Positions 10,296 through 20,039 of a DNA stretch of 32,000 nucleotides are shown piece by piece. Each line of letters opens with the position of its first letter. The stretch's first letter is position 1. The notes under the pieces were generated by a model. The model had not been told where the DNA came from. It ran no database searches and saw only the letters and a program-made list of their open reading frames with translations. The translations under genes and the position numbers were made by a program. This DNA is from Mycoplasmoides genitalium G37 (GTDB lineage Bacteria > Bacillota_I > Bacilli_A > Mycoplasmatales > Mycoplasmoidaceae), in the NCBI RefSeq assembly GCF_000027325.1, contig NC_000908.2, positions 120,001-152,000 of the forward strand, read 5' to 3'.

Positions 10296-11127
10296 TACAC
10301 AGATTAAAGCTGAACTGGTCCAAAACAAATTAATTGATAAACACTGAAATGTCTTTTTAGCAGGTTTTTTTCAAAACAACTTAAAGCTACTTTACAACCG
10401 TAACTGAAGTTTTAAAGTGCAATCTGAAGCATTAAAGGAACAATTTGTTCAAAATCTTAAGTTTGACTTTAAGACAAAAGCTAGTAAGAAATACTTTCTT
10501 TTTGAGTTTAATGCAGATATTAACGTAATTAACACTCTTTTAAAACTTGATGTGACAACTAGTGAATTGGTAGTTAAACAAGTTTATCTCATTGCTGCTT
10601 TTTTAAGTGGAGGTAGTGTTAGTGATTTAATAAACTCCAATAACTTTCACTTGCAAATCAGTTCCAACAATGAGTTTCAAATTCAACAACTTTTAAAATT
10701 GTTTAGTTTTTTTAAAAAAACAGTTAAACAAAACCAGTTAGTTGTTTATCTTAAAAGTTATGAAAAGATCTGTAATTTTTTAAAACTGATTCAAGCCTTT
10801 GATGGTTATCTTGCTTTTGAAAATAAGCAACTAGAGAAAAGTTTTACTTTAAACCAGTTAAGAAAAAGTAATTTGGAAGTTGCTAACTTAATGAAGACAA
10901 TCAGATCTAATAATCAAACTAATCAACTCCAACTAAAATCATTTATTAAAAGTAGTAGTTTTGCAAAAAGACCGCTTAATTTTCAGCGTTATTGCTTAAT
11001 TAAAAGTGATCATCCTGATTGATCTTTAGAACAGATAGCAAACTTTTTTTTCACAAAATATAACATAAAGATTAGCCGCAGTGGAATCCAACATTTTAGT
11101 GTTAATCTAAAAAAACTATGCCAGTAG
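10285..11127 (+). CDS. whiA: DNA-binding protein WhiA
   Basis: From ATG 10285 the frame passes TGA 10345, TGA 10405 and TGA 11020 to TAG 11125-11127 (280 aa). The N-terminus MTFSTQIKAELV is typical of WhiA. The C-terminal HTH is WSLEQIANFF...ISRSGIQHFSVNLKKL. Track ORF 10417..11022 is the middle piece. Confidence 0.88.
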
Positions 11128-11148
11128 TTTAAAATTAGTTCACAAGCA

Positions 11149-11382
11149 ATGCATCCAATCCAAATAGTAATGTTCATTATGGCTGTTATCTGTTTAATTA
11201 TTGGACTTTTGCTTTCTAACCATGGTTCTACTGGAGGATTAGCTTCTCTATCAGGTCAGGACTTGGAGATCTTTCGTAAAACCAAAGATAGGGGTTTTGT
11301 AAAGATCTTACAGATTATCATGTTTATCTTAGTAGTTTTATTTTTAATTCTTGGGTTGATATTTAGTTTTGCACCAAGATAA
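11149..11382 (+). CDS. secG: Preprotein translocase subunit SecG
   Basis: This 77-aa ORF has two hydrophobic helices flanking a G/S-rich loop (LLSNHGSTGGLASLSGQ), which is the SecG architecture. It sits directly upstream of rnr, as in many Firmicutes. Confidence 0.8.
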   Translation: MHPIQIVMFIMAVICLIIGLLLSNHGSTGGLASLSGQDLEIFRKTKDRGFVKILQIIMFILVVLFLILGLIFSFAPR

Positions 11383-11384
11383 CA

Positions 11385-13562
11385 ATGAAGGTTTTAACTG
11401 AACTCCAAAAGCAGATATTTACCATTGTCAAAAAGGAAAATGGTAAACCTATTCCCCCTGGAATAGTGGTAAGAATGATGGAAAATAGTCCTAATTTTCC
11501 AGGTAAACATCTCATCTATCGGGCCATTGATGATCTGCTTGATTGAGCCATCTTAAGGAAAGCTGGTGGGGTTACAAACCAGCTATTAGTTAACTATGAA
11601 CCTGCTGAGCCTTTACTTGATAAAAAACTACAAGGGATTTTAACCTTAGGAAATAAGAATAGTGGTTTTATCCGCTCTTTGGATGATGATAAAACTGTGT
11701 ATTATGTCCATTACTCTAATTTAACTGGAGCTTTAGATGGGGATCTTGTGGAGTTTTGTAAATTAGATAAACCCCAATTTGGTGATAAGTTTGATGCTGC
11801 AGTTATTACTATTCTAAAAAGAGCAAGAATCTTGTATGCAGGTAATTTTTTAGTAGATCAAAATGAGTTTGCCTTGGAATACAAAATTGTTGCTGATAAC
11901 CCTAGATTTTATTTAACTATGATTGTAAATCCTGATTCTATCCCAAATAACTTAGCATCTAACACCAAGATAGCTTTTCAAATTGATGAGTATGATCCTG
12001 ATAACAACTTATGTAAGGTTTCTGTACAACAAGTTTTGGGTAACAATGATGATCCGCTAATTAATATAAAAGCAATCATGTTGGACAATTCCATTGTCTT
12101 TGAAACTAACGATGTAGTTGAACAGCATGCTAACAAGTTAAGTTTTGATACTGAAGAACAACATAAAGCTTACCGTCAGGATTTAACTGATTTAGCTTTT
12201 GTGACTGTTGATCCTACAACATCAAAAGACCTTGATGATGCTATTTATGTCAAAACAATACCAACAGGTTTTGTGCTTTATGTAGCTATTGCTGATGTTG
12301 CACACTATGTTAATAGAAATAGTGAAATAGACATTGAAGCAAAACACAAAACAAGCTCAATCTATCTACCTGGTCATTATGTTGTGCCCATGCTACCTGA
12401 GCAATTGTCAAATCAGCTCTGTTCTTTAAATCCAGCACAAAAACGTTATGTTGTTGTTTGTGAGATTAGTTTTGATAATCAGGGAAGGATTAAAACAAAC
12501 AAGCTTTACCCAGCAACAATTATTTCCAAAAATCGTTTTAGCTATGATCAGGTTAACAAGTGGTTAAATAATAAATCAGAATTAAACTGTGATGAAACAG
12601 TTATCAACAGCTTAAAAGCAGCTTTTACACTAAGTGATCTAATTCAAGCGCAACGTCAAAAACGCGGTACAATTGATCTTTCACACAAAGAAACTGAGAT
12701 AGTTGTTGATGAACATTATTTTCCCATTAAGATAAATTTTTTGGTTCACGATAAAGCTGAAACCATGATTGAAAATCTCATGGTAGTGGCCAATGAGACA
12801 GTTGCTTGGGTGTTAACTAACAACAAAATTGCTTTACCATACAGAGTTCACCCAAGACCAAGCAAAAAGAAGTTACAAAGTTTGATTGAAACAGTTGGTG
12901 AGTTGAACATAACTAAACCCCAATTTAACTTAGATACTGTCACTTCAAGCCAAATAGCTAGCTGATTAAATGAAAACAAAGATAATCCTAGTTATGAGAT
13001 CTTTGTAATCCTCTTATTAAGAACACTAGGCAAAGCTTTTTATAGTGTTAATCCCCTGATGCACTTCAGCATTGGTTCTAACCACTATACCCACTTTACT
13101 TCACCGATTAGAAGGTATATAGATCTAACCATTCACAGGTTGTTGTGAATGCATCTTTTTACTCCCGATCAATTCACTGATAATGAAAGAGATCAACTCA
13201 AACAAGAGTTGGAAAAAATTGCTGATACAGTTAATGATACAGAGATTAAAATTATCAATTGTGAAAGAAATGCCAATGATTATCTAACAACGCTGTTATT
13301 ATCAAAACAAATTGGCAAAACCTTCAGCGGATTTATTTCAGCAATTACTAGCTTTGGAATTTTTATGAGAATGGATGAAAATAACTTTGATGGGTTAATC
13401 AAAATTACAACTATCCCTGATGATTTCTTTATTTTTGAAAAGGAAAAAATGGTATTGAAAGGAAGAAAAACTAATAAGGTTTATAAAATTGGCGATCGTT
13501 TGGAAGCTAAACTAAGTGAGATTGATTTCATCCAAAAACGTGCTATTTTAACACTCATATAA
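11385..13562 (+). CDS. rnr: Ribonuclease R (VacB)
   Basis: ATG 11385 lies 2 nt after the secG stop. Track ORFs 11679..12965 and 13149..13562 are joined to the N-terminus through TGA about 11544, 12963 and 13146 (725 aa). RNB-domain motifs seen are TVDPTTSKDLDDAI and HFSIGSNHYTHFTSPIRRYIDLTIHR. A C-terminal S1 domain is present (GKTFSGFISAITSFGIFMRM). Confidence 0.95.
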
Positions 13563-13569
13563 TTAGCCA

Positions 13570-14172
13570 ATGGTTGTTAATATCCTGCTTTTTATTACCC
13601 TTATTTTTTTACTTTTACTGTTTGTTTTTTTAATTGCTTTTGCATTTCTAAACAAACGGGTTAGAAATTATGTTGTACGTACTTGAACTAGTGTTTTCAG
13701 TAAGTCCAAACAAAACCTTGATAAAAAGAACTTTTTTGACAATTTAACTTCAACTTTATTAAGACTTTCAGTTGATAAAATTGGGGCTATTATTGCCATT
13801 GAAAAACGTGATTCACTTGATCCTTATATCAACATTGGTTATCGGGTTAGTTCTGATTTTTCCCCTGAACTGTTAGTTACTATTTTTTACAACAAATCAT
13901 CTCCTTTACATGATGGAGCGGTGATTGTTAGAGATTACAAAATTATTAGTGTCTCTTCTTACTTTCCAATGACAAGACAATTAATTGATGTTTCATATGG
14001 TTCAAGACACAGAAGTGCCTTGGGATTAAGTGAAAAGTCTGATGCAGTTGTTTTTATTGTTAGTGAAACAACTGGTAAAATATCAGTTGCTTTAAAAGGG
14101 GTTATTAAAACCTTGTCTTCCAACTCAGATAGGTTGCAAGATGAAATTATCCATTACTTGTCTTCAAAGTAG
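13570..14172 (+). CDS. cdaA: Diadenylate cyclase (DAC domain, single N-terminal TM helix)
   Basis: From ATG 13570 the frame passes TGA 13684 to TAG 14170-14172 (200 aa). The N-terminal TM is ILLFITLIFLLLLFVFLIAFAFL. The DAC catalytic motifs HDGAVIV (DGA) and GSRHRSALG (RHR) are present, plus SETTGKIS. Confidence 0.9.
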
Positions 14173-14728
14173 GATTAATCACTTTTCATTCTGGTTTTTT
14201 AAACCATGGATTCAAAGGGTTAATTCTTTGGTAAAAAAAGCGTCCCTGTAAGTGATCAAATTCATGCTGTAAACACATTCCAAATAGTCCAGTTGCTTTA
14301 ATGGTAATCTCTTTTTTTTCAAACCAATCATAACCTTTAATAGTGATCCATTCACTACGAATTACATAACCTTTGTGCTGCTTTTTAACACTTAAACACC
14401 CCTCACCACTTTCTAAAAATGCTTTATTTTCACTTTGATCAATAATTTTAGGATTGATCAGTAGGCACTTTTTTTCTTTGTTTAAATCATTGAGGTGGAT
14501 GTAAAACAGTTGTTTTCAATAGCCAATCTGGTTAGCAGCTATCCCAATTCCTGGAATAATGTCATATTCTTGTGCTTTACCATCATATGAAGCATCAACA
14601 TATGCAATCATCTTTTTAATACAGGTTTCAATTTGCTCATCTATTGGAAAATTAACAGCTTCAGTTGGCTTGTTAATCAAAGCATTATCATCAAAAACAA
14701 GCCAAGTTTTAGTTGGTTGAAAAGTCAT
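14147..14728 (-). CDS. def: Peptide deformylase
   Basis: This is the only minus-strand gene. Track ORF 14516..14776 is the N-terminal piece. Reading through TGA (complement of 14516-14518 and 14186-14188) extends it to TAA at the complement of 14147-14149. Motifs seen are GIAANQIG, GEGCLS and the metal site QHEFDHLQG. I prefer ATG 14728 (MTFQPTKTW...); the ORF also extends to an upstream TTG at 14776. Confidence 0.88.
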
Positions 14729-14768
14729 TGATAAAAACAGTAAAGTTAAAATTATTCTAACAATTGAA
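14729..14768. promoter_or_regulatory. Candidate divergent promoter region between def (-) and gmk (+)
   Basis: This 40-bp gap is the only divergent junction in the window. It contains TAAAAT at 14747-14752 (+, 17 nt before GTG 14769) and TAGAAT on the minus strand at 14759-14754 (26 nt before def ATG 14728). Such hexamers are frequent by chance in sequence this AT-rich. Confidence 0.3.
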
Positions 14769-15338
14769 GTGAACAATCAGGGGAGAATTTTTGTCATTAC
14801 TGGTCCTAGCGGTGTTGGCAAAAGCACCCTTGTTAAAGCCTTATTAGATCATTTCAAAGAACAACTGTTCTACAGTATCTCTGCAACTACAAGAAAAAAG
14901 CGCATTAGTGAAAAAGAGGGAATTGATTATTTTTTTAAAGATAAAGATGAGTTTGAAAACTTAATAAAACAAGATGCTTTCATTGAATGGGCTTGCTATA
15001 ATAACCATTATTATGGAACGCTCAAGTCTCAAGCTGAACAAGCAATTAAAAGCGGAATTAATTTAATGCTTGAAATTGAGTATCAAGGTGCTTTACAGGT
15101 TAAAAGTAAATATCCTCATAACGTTGTTTTAATTTTCATTAAACCACCTTCAATGCAAGAGTTGTTAAAACGTTTAAAAAAGCGTAATGATGAAGATGAA
15201 ACCACAATTAAAAAACGTTTAGAACAAGCTAAGATAGAGTTTCAACAGATTGATAATTTTAAGTATGTTGTCACTAACAAAGAGTTTGATAAAACCCTTA
15301 ATGAGTTGAAATCAATCTTACTATCTGAGTTTATTTAA
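14769..15338 (+). CDS. gmk: Guanylate kinase
   Basis: This 189-aa ORF starts at GTG 14769. It has the P-loop GPSGVGKST, ATTR, and EIEYQGA in the lid/GMP-binding region. Confidence 0.94.
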   Translation: MNNQGRIFVITGPSGVGKSTLVKALLDHFKEQLFYSISATTRKKRISEKEGIDYFFKDKDEFENLIKQDAFIEWACYNNHYYGTLKSQAEQAIKSGINLMLEIEYQGALQVKSKYPHNVVLIFIKPPSMQELLKRLKKRNDEDETTIKKRLEQAKIEFQQIDNFKYVVTNKEFDKTLNELKSILLSEFI

Positions 15339-16120
15339 TGCAAGCTGCTAATGATCATTTCTTTACCGGTTTATCAAAAAAAGGTCCTGTAAGAAAGGAA
15401 AATCAGGACTTTTATGGATTTAGTTTTAATCAAAATAACCTACTAATAGTTGTTTGTGATGGTCTTGGTGGTTATAAGGGTGGCAAGATTGCTAGTAACT
15501 TAGTAGGTAAACTCTTTCTTAGTTTATTTGAAGGTTTTGAATTTAACCAGTGAGATGAAACTACAGTTAAAAAGTGGTTTGAAAATACTTTAATACAAGC
15601 ACGCTTTCAACTAGAAAATTGTTTTCAAACAGTTTATGAAGCACAAATCCAGTTTGCTAGGATGGCTAGCACCTTGGTCTTGGGAATTTTAACTAAAAGT
15701 GATATTTATATCTTTTGAATTGGTGATTCCAGAGCTTACTTATTATTTGAAAACCAAGCTAAGTTAGTTACTAAGGATCACAATCTTTATAACCAGTTAG
15801 TTGCTATGAATGCTGATGAGAAATTACTTTTAAGTTATTCTAATCAACTTTTAGCATTAACAAATACTATTTCCAAAGAAACAAAAAGACCATTAGTTTA
15901 TGGTTTTTATAACACAAAAATTGAACAACAAGAATTTTTATTATTGTGTTCTGATGGACTTTATAACTTTGTTGAAAAAGAGCTTTTTTTTGAAATTATC
16001 ACTAATTCTAAAAACCTAAAACAAGCAGTGTTTAATCTTTATAGAAAAAGTATTGAAAATGCAAGTAATGATAATATTACTGCTGCCCTTGTTAATCTGC
16101 AAAAATGGAAGCAATCTTAA
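15338..16120 (+). CDS. prpC: PP2C-family Ser/Thr protein phosphatase
   Basis: The ATG shares 1 nt with the gmk stop (TAATG). Track ORFs 15338..15553 and 15806..16120 are joined via TGA 15551 and TGA about 15716 (260 aa). PP2C motifs seen are RKENQDF, VCDGLGG, IGDSRAY, LLCSDGL and NDNITAAL. Confidence 0.92.
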
Positions 16121-17268
16121 AGATAGGTGATATTGTTGAAAATAAGTATCAAATTGAAAAGCTTTTAAATAGGGGTGGGATGGATTCCTATCTTTTTTTA
16201 GCAAAAAATTTGAACTTAAAAAACTATGGACCAGTTCAAAAAAAACAGTATGGACACTTAGTTTTAAAGGTGGTTCAAAAAAATCCTAAGATTAATGAAA
16301 ATAATTGGAAAAAGTTCCTTGATGAAATGGTAACCACAACTAGAGTGCACCATTCTAACCTAGTGAAAAGTTTTGATGTGGTGAACCCTTTTTTGAAAAT
16401 AGTTCGTGGTAATAAAACAATTGCTCTCAATCAGATAGTGATGATTGCAATGGAGTATGTTGATGGCCCTTCTTTAAGACAATTGCTTAACAGAAAAGGC
16501 TACTTTAGTGTTAGCGAAGTAGTTTATTACTTTACAAAGATAGTAAAAGCCATTGATTATCTCCACAGTTTCAAGCACCAAATTATCCACCGTGATCTTA
16601 AACCTGAAAACATCTTATTTACTAGTGATTTAACTGATATTAAACTATTAGATTTTGGCATTGCTTCAACAGTAGTTAAAGTTGCTGAAAAAACCGAAGT
16701 TTTAACTGATGAAAATTCACTGTTTGGCACAGTTAGTTATATGATTCCTGATGTTTTGGAAAGCACAGTTAATAAAGCTGGTAAAAAGGTTAGAAAACCA
16801 CCCAATGCCCAGTATGATATCTACTCGTTAGGAATTATTCTATTTGAGATGTTAGTTGGTAGAGTTCCATTTAACAAGTCAATTAACCCCAACAAGGAAA
16901 GAGAAACAATCCAAAAAGCACGCAATTTTGACTTACCTTTAATGCAAGCAACTAGAAGTGATATCCCAAATAGCTTAGAAAATATTGCTTTTCGTTGTAC
17001 TGCTGTGAAAAGAGAAAACAATAAGTGACTTTACAGTTCCACAAAAGAACTTTTAGAAGATTTGGCGAATTGAGAAAATGAACAAGCGATGATTAAACCT
17101 GCTAATGAAAGGGTTTTAGAAGGGCAGGTGGAAATTAGAGAAATGATGCTTGAAAAGCCCTTAGCTTGGTATTTCAAAACTTGAGCCTTATCAATCTTTA
17201 CTATCGTTTTTATAGGGTTAATTATTGCTGCAATAGTTCTTTTATTAATTTTTAATGCCAGATTCTAA
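16105..17268 (+). CDS. prkC: Hanks-type Ser/Thr protein kinase, C-terminally membrane-anchored, no PASTA domains
   Basis: Track ORF 16105..17028 continues through TGA 17026, 17071 and 17182 to TAA 17266-17268 (387 aa). Kinase motifs seen are LVLKV (VAIK-like Lys), HRDLKPENIL and DFGIA. A C-terminal TM helix (ALSIFTIVFIGLIIAAIVLLLIF) is followed by only 4 residues. Confidence 0.92.
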
Positions 17269-18091
17269 CTTTGGGATAGTGCTTCAGTCATTAGCAAAAC
17301 AATGCAAAGTATTTTGGAATAACCAGATAATAACTGCTTTTCCTCAAAAGAAGTTACAGTGAAAAAATGATTTTAAGTTGATGGTTGGTGATAGGGTTCA
17401 ACTTGAAGATGGTGCGATCACTAAAGTTTTAGCTAGAAAAAATGAACTTACAAGACCAAGGGTTGCTAATGTTGATCAGATTGTTTTAATCCAATCACTA
17501 GTTCAACCTAAGATTAACTGAATTCAACTGTTGAAATTATTGGTATATTTCAATGCTAAATTAATTGATGAAATACCTATTTTAATAACAAAAACAGACC
17601 TTGATTTTGATCCAATGGAAAAACAAAAGTTAATCGATTTAAAACAGTTTAACTATCAGTTATTTTTTGTTTCTAAAAATGAACCACTACCTTCAGAATT
17701 AATCGATATTTTTAGTAAAAAACTAAGTGTTTTTACAGGTCAATCTGGTGTTGGTAAATCTAGCTTAATTAATCGTTTAGATCCTTCTTTAAAACAAAAG
17801 ATTCAAGCCTTATCAGTTAATAAATTTGGTAAGAATACCACTACTAAAACAACACTTTTTTCATTTAGAGGCGGTTTTATTTGTGACACCCCTGGTTTTA
17901 ATGTAATTTCTATTAAAAACCTCAAAATTTTAGCAGCCCAACACTTTGTTGGTTTTCAGAAAATGATTAGTAAGTGTCATTTTTCTAACTGTTATCATCA
18001 GTATGAAAAAGATTGCTTTGTAACCACAAGTGTTATGAAAAACAGATATCCTTCGTGATTGTATGAGAAGTATAGAAAAATGATTAATTAA
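17255..18091 (+). CDS. rsgA: Ribosome small-subunit-dependent GTPase RsgA (circularly permuted GTPase)
   Basis: From ATG 17255 the frame passes TGA about 17363, 17519 and 18056 to TAA 18089-18091 (278 aa). The G motifs are in permuted order: ITKTDL (G4), then GQSGVGKSS (G1), then DTPGF (G3). A C-terminal Zn knuckle CHFSNCYHQYEKDC is present. Confidence 0.92.
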
Positions 18092-18111
18092 AATCAACTG
18101 CAAAAGTGTTT

Positions 18112-19407
18112 ATGAGTGATAAATTATTAACAATTGACTTAAGTCATGTTTATGGATTTGATAAAGAAATTATTTTTAAGAAATACCAAAAAAAAGTAGA
18201 TCAAATTCACCAAGATTTTCTAGCTCATAAACTTGCTGATGGTCACATGACTGGGTGGTATGACCAACCTGATCAAAACCACCAATTCCTTTTAAAAACC
18301 ATTAATCAAATTGACAAAAAGTTTAAAAGTTTAAAAGTAACTGACATTGTTTATGTTGGTATTGGTGGTTCTTTTACTGGTATTAAAACAGTTTTAGATT
18401 TCTTAAAACCAAAACAAAGAACAGGATTAAAAATCCACTTTGTCCCTGACCTTTCTGCTTTTCAAGCTGCAAGTGTTATTAAGGAAATTAAAAATAAATC
18501 ATGGGCTCTAATTACCACTTCTAAGTCTGGTAGAACCCTAGAACCAGCACTGAATTTCCGCATTTTTAGAAACTTATTAAACAAGCGTTATGGCAACAAA
18601 CACTACCAAAGAGTAGTTGTTATTACTGATGAAAAAAAGGGATTACTAACCAAAATGGCATCAAATCATGGTTACCAAAAGTTAGTTATTGATTCAAATA
18701 TCGGTGGGCGTTTTTCAACTCTATCTCCTGCTGGTTTGTTACTAGCCAAACTTTTTGGTCATGATCCTAAGGCCATCTTAAAAGGAACATTACAAGCCAA
18801 AAAGGATTTGCAAACAACTTCACTTGAAAACAATTCTGCATACCTTTATGCAGTAGTTAGACATTGACTATACACCACAAAAAAATTCAAAATTGAAGTT
18901 TGCATTGCTTATCACAGTTTGTATGAATATTTGTTATTACAGCATCGACAACTTTTTGGTGAATCAGAAGGTAAGAACGATAAATCTTTATTTCCTACTT
19001 TTTCGATTTTTACTGTTGACTTACACTCAATGGGACAACTCTATCAAGAAGGGGAAAAAGTGTTTTTTGAAACAGTAATTGATGTTAAAAATCCACTTGT
19101 TAATATTAATTTACCTCCATCTGATTTTGACAATGATGATGAACTTGATTTCTTGTTAGATAAAAGCTTAAATGAGATTTCAGATGTTGCAATTGATTCA
19201 GTTATTAAAGCGCACTACCAAGCAAATGTAAGCATTATTAAATTAACTTTAAAAGAACAATCTGCATTTATGTTTGGTTATTTTTACTTTTGACTCTCTG
19301 TTGCTACAGTGATGAGTGGATCATTATTAGGGCATAATGTCTTTAATCAACCTGGCGTTGAAGTTTATAAAAAGTTAATGTTTGAAAAACTAAGAAGTGG
19401 CCACTAA
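18112..19407 (+). CDS. pgi: Glucose-6-phosphate isomerase
   Basis: Starts at ATG 18112 (in-frame GTG 18106 is also possible). Track ORFs 18106..18867 and 18919..19293 are joined via TGA 18865, and the frame continues through TGA 19291 to TAA 19405-19407 (431 aa). Motifs seen are GIGGS, TSKSGRTLE, IGGRFSTLS and FGESEGK. Confidence 0.94.
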
Positions 19408-20026
19408 GGTTGTTTTTTCACTCTTACCACTTTTAAATAGGTTTGACAAGTCACTTTTAGAAAGTTACTTTCAAGATGGATTGAGGTTAATCCATTATGA
19501 TGTGATGGACCAATTTGTTCATAATACTGCTTTTAAAGGTGAATATTTGGATGAATTGAAAACAATAGGTTTTGATGTTAATGTCCATTTAATGGTGGAA
19601 CAGATCATCCCTCAAATAAATTTTTATCTTTCACAACCTAATGTGAAAAGGATTTCGTTTCATGTTGAACCATTTAGTTTTGCAAAGATTAAAGAACTAA
19701 TCCAACTAGTTAAAGAAAATGGTAAAGAAGTTGGTCTTGCTTTTAAATTTACAACCAATTTACAACTATACCAACCATTTTTTACAACCATCGACTTTAT
19801 CACTTTAATGAGTGTTCCTCCTGGTAAAGGTGGTCAAGCTTTTAACGAAGCTGTTTTTACAAATTTAAAGATTGCTAACCATTACAACTTGAAAATTGAG
19901 ATTGATGGTGGGATTAAAGTTAATAACATTGATCAAATTAAAGCCTTTGTTGATTTCATTGTAATGGGAAGTGGCTTTATAAAATTAGAGCAGTGGCAAC
20001 GTCAAAAATTGTTGCAAACAATCTAA
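19397..20026 (+). CDS. rpe: Ribulose-phosphate 3-epimerase
   Basis: This 209-aa ORF starts at GTG 19397. Motifs seen are IHYDVMD, VHLMV, FHVE, MSVPPGKGGQAF, IDGGI and MGSG. Confidence 0.9.
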   Translation: MATKVVFSLLPLLNRFDKSLLESYFQDGLRLIHYDVMDQFVHNTAFKGEYLDELKTIGFDVNVHLMVEQIIPQINFYLSQPNVKRISFHVEPFSFAKIKELIQLVKENGKEVGLAFKFTTNLQLYQPFFTTIDFITLMSVPPGKGGQAFNEAVFTNLKIANHYNLKIEIDGGIKVNNIDQIKAFVDFIVMGSGFIKLEQWQRQKLLQTI

Positions 20027-20039
20027 TTAAACTTTATTG

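Noticed and set aside
14729-14776. The def ORF extends upstream to TTG 14776 (MFTSIVRIILTLLFLS...).
   Set aside because: The extension is a hydrophobic, non-conserved-looking leader. It would overlap the divergent gmk start and consume the only promoter space. ATG 14728 gives a normal deformylase N-terminus. I keep it as an alternative start, not a separate feature.
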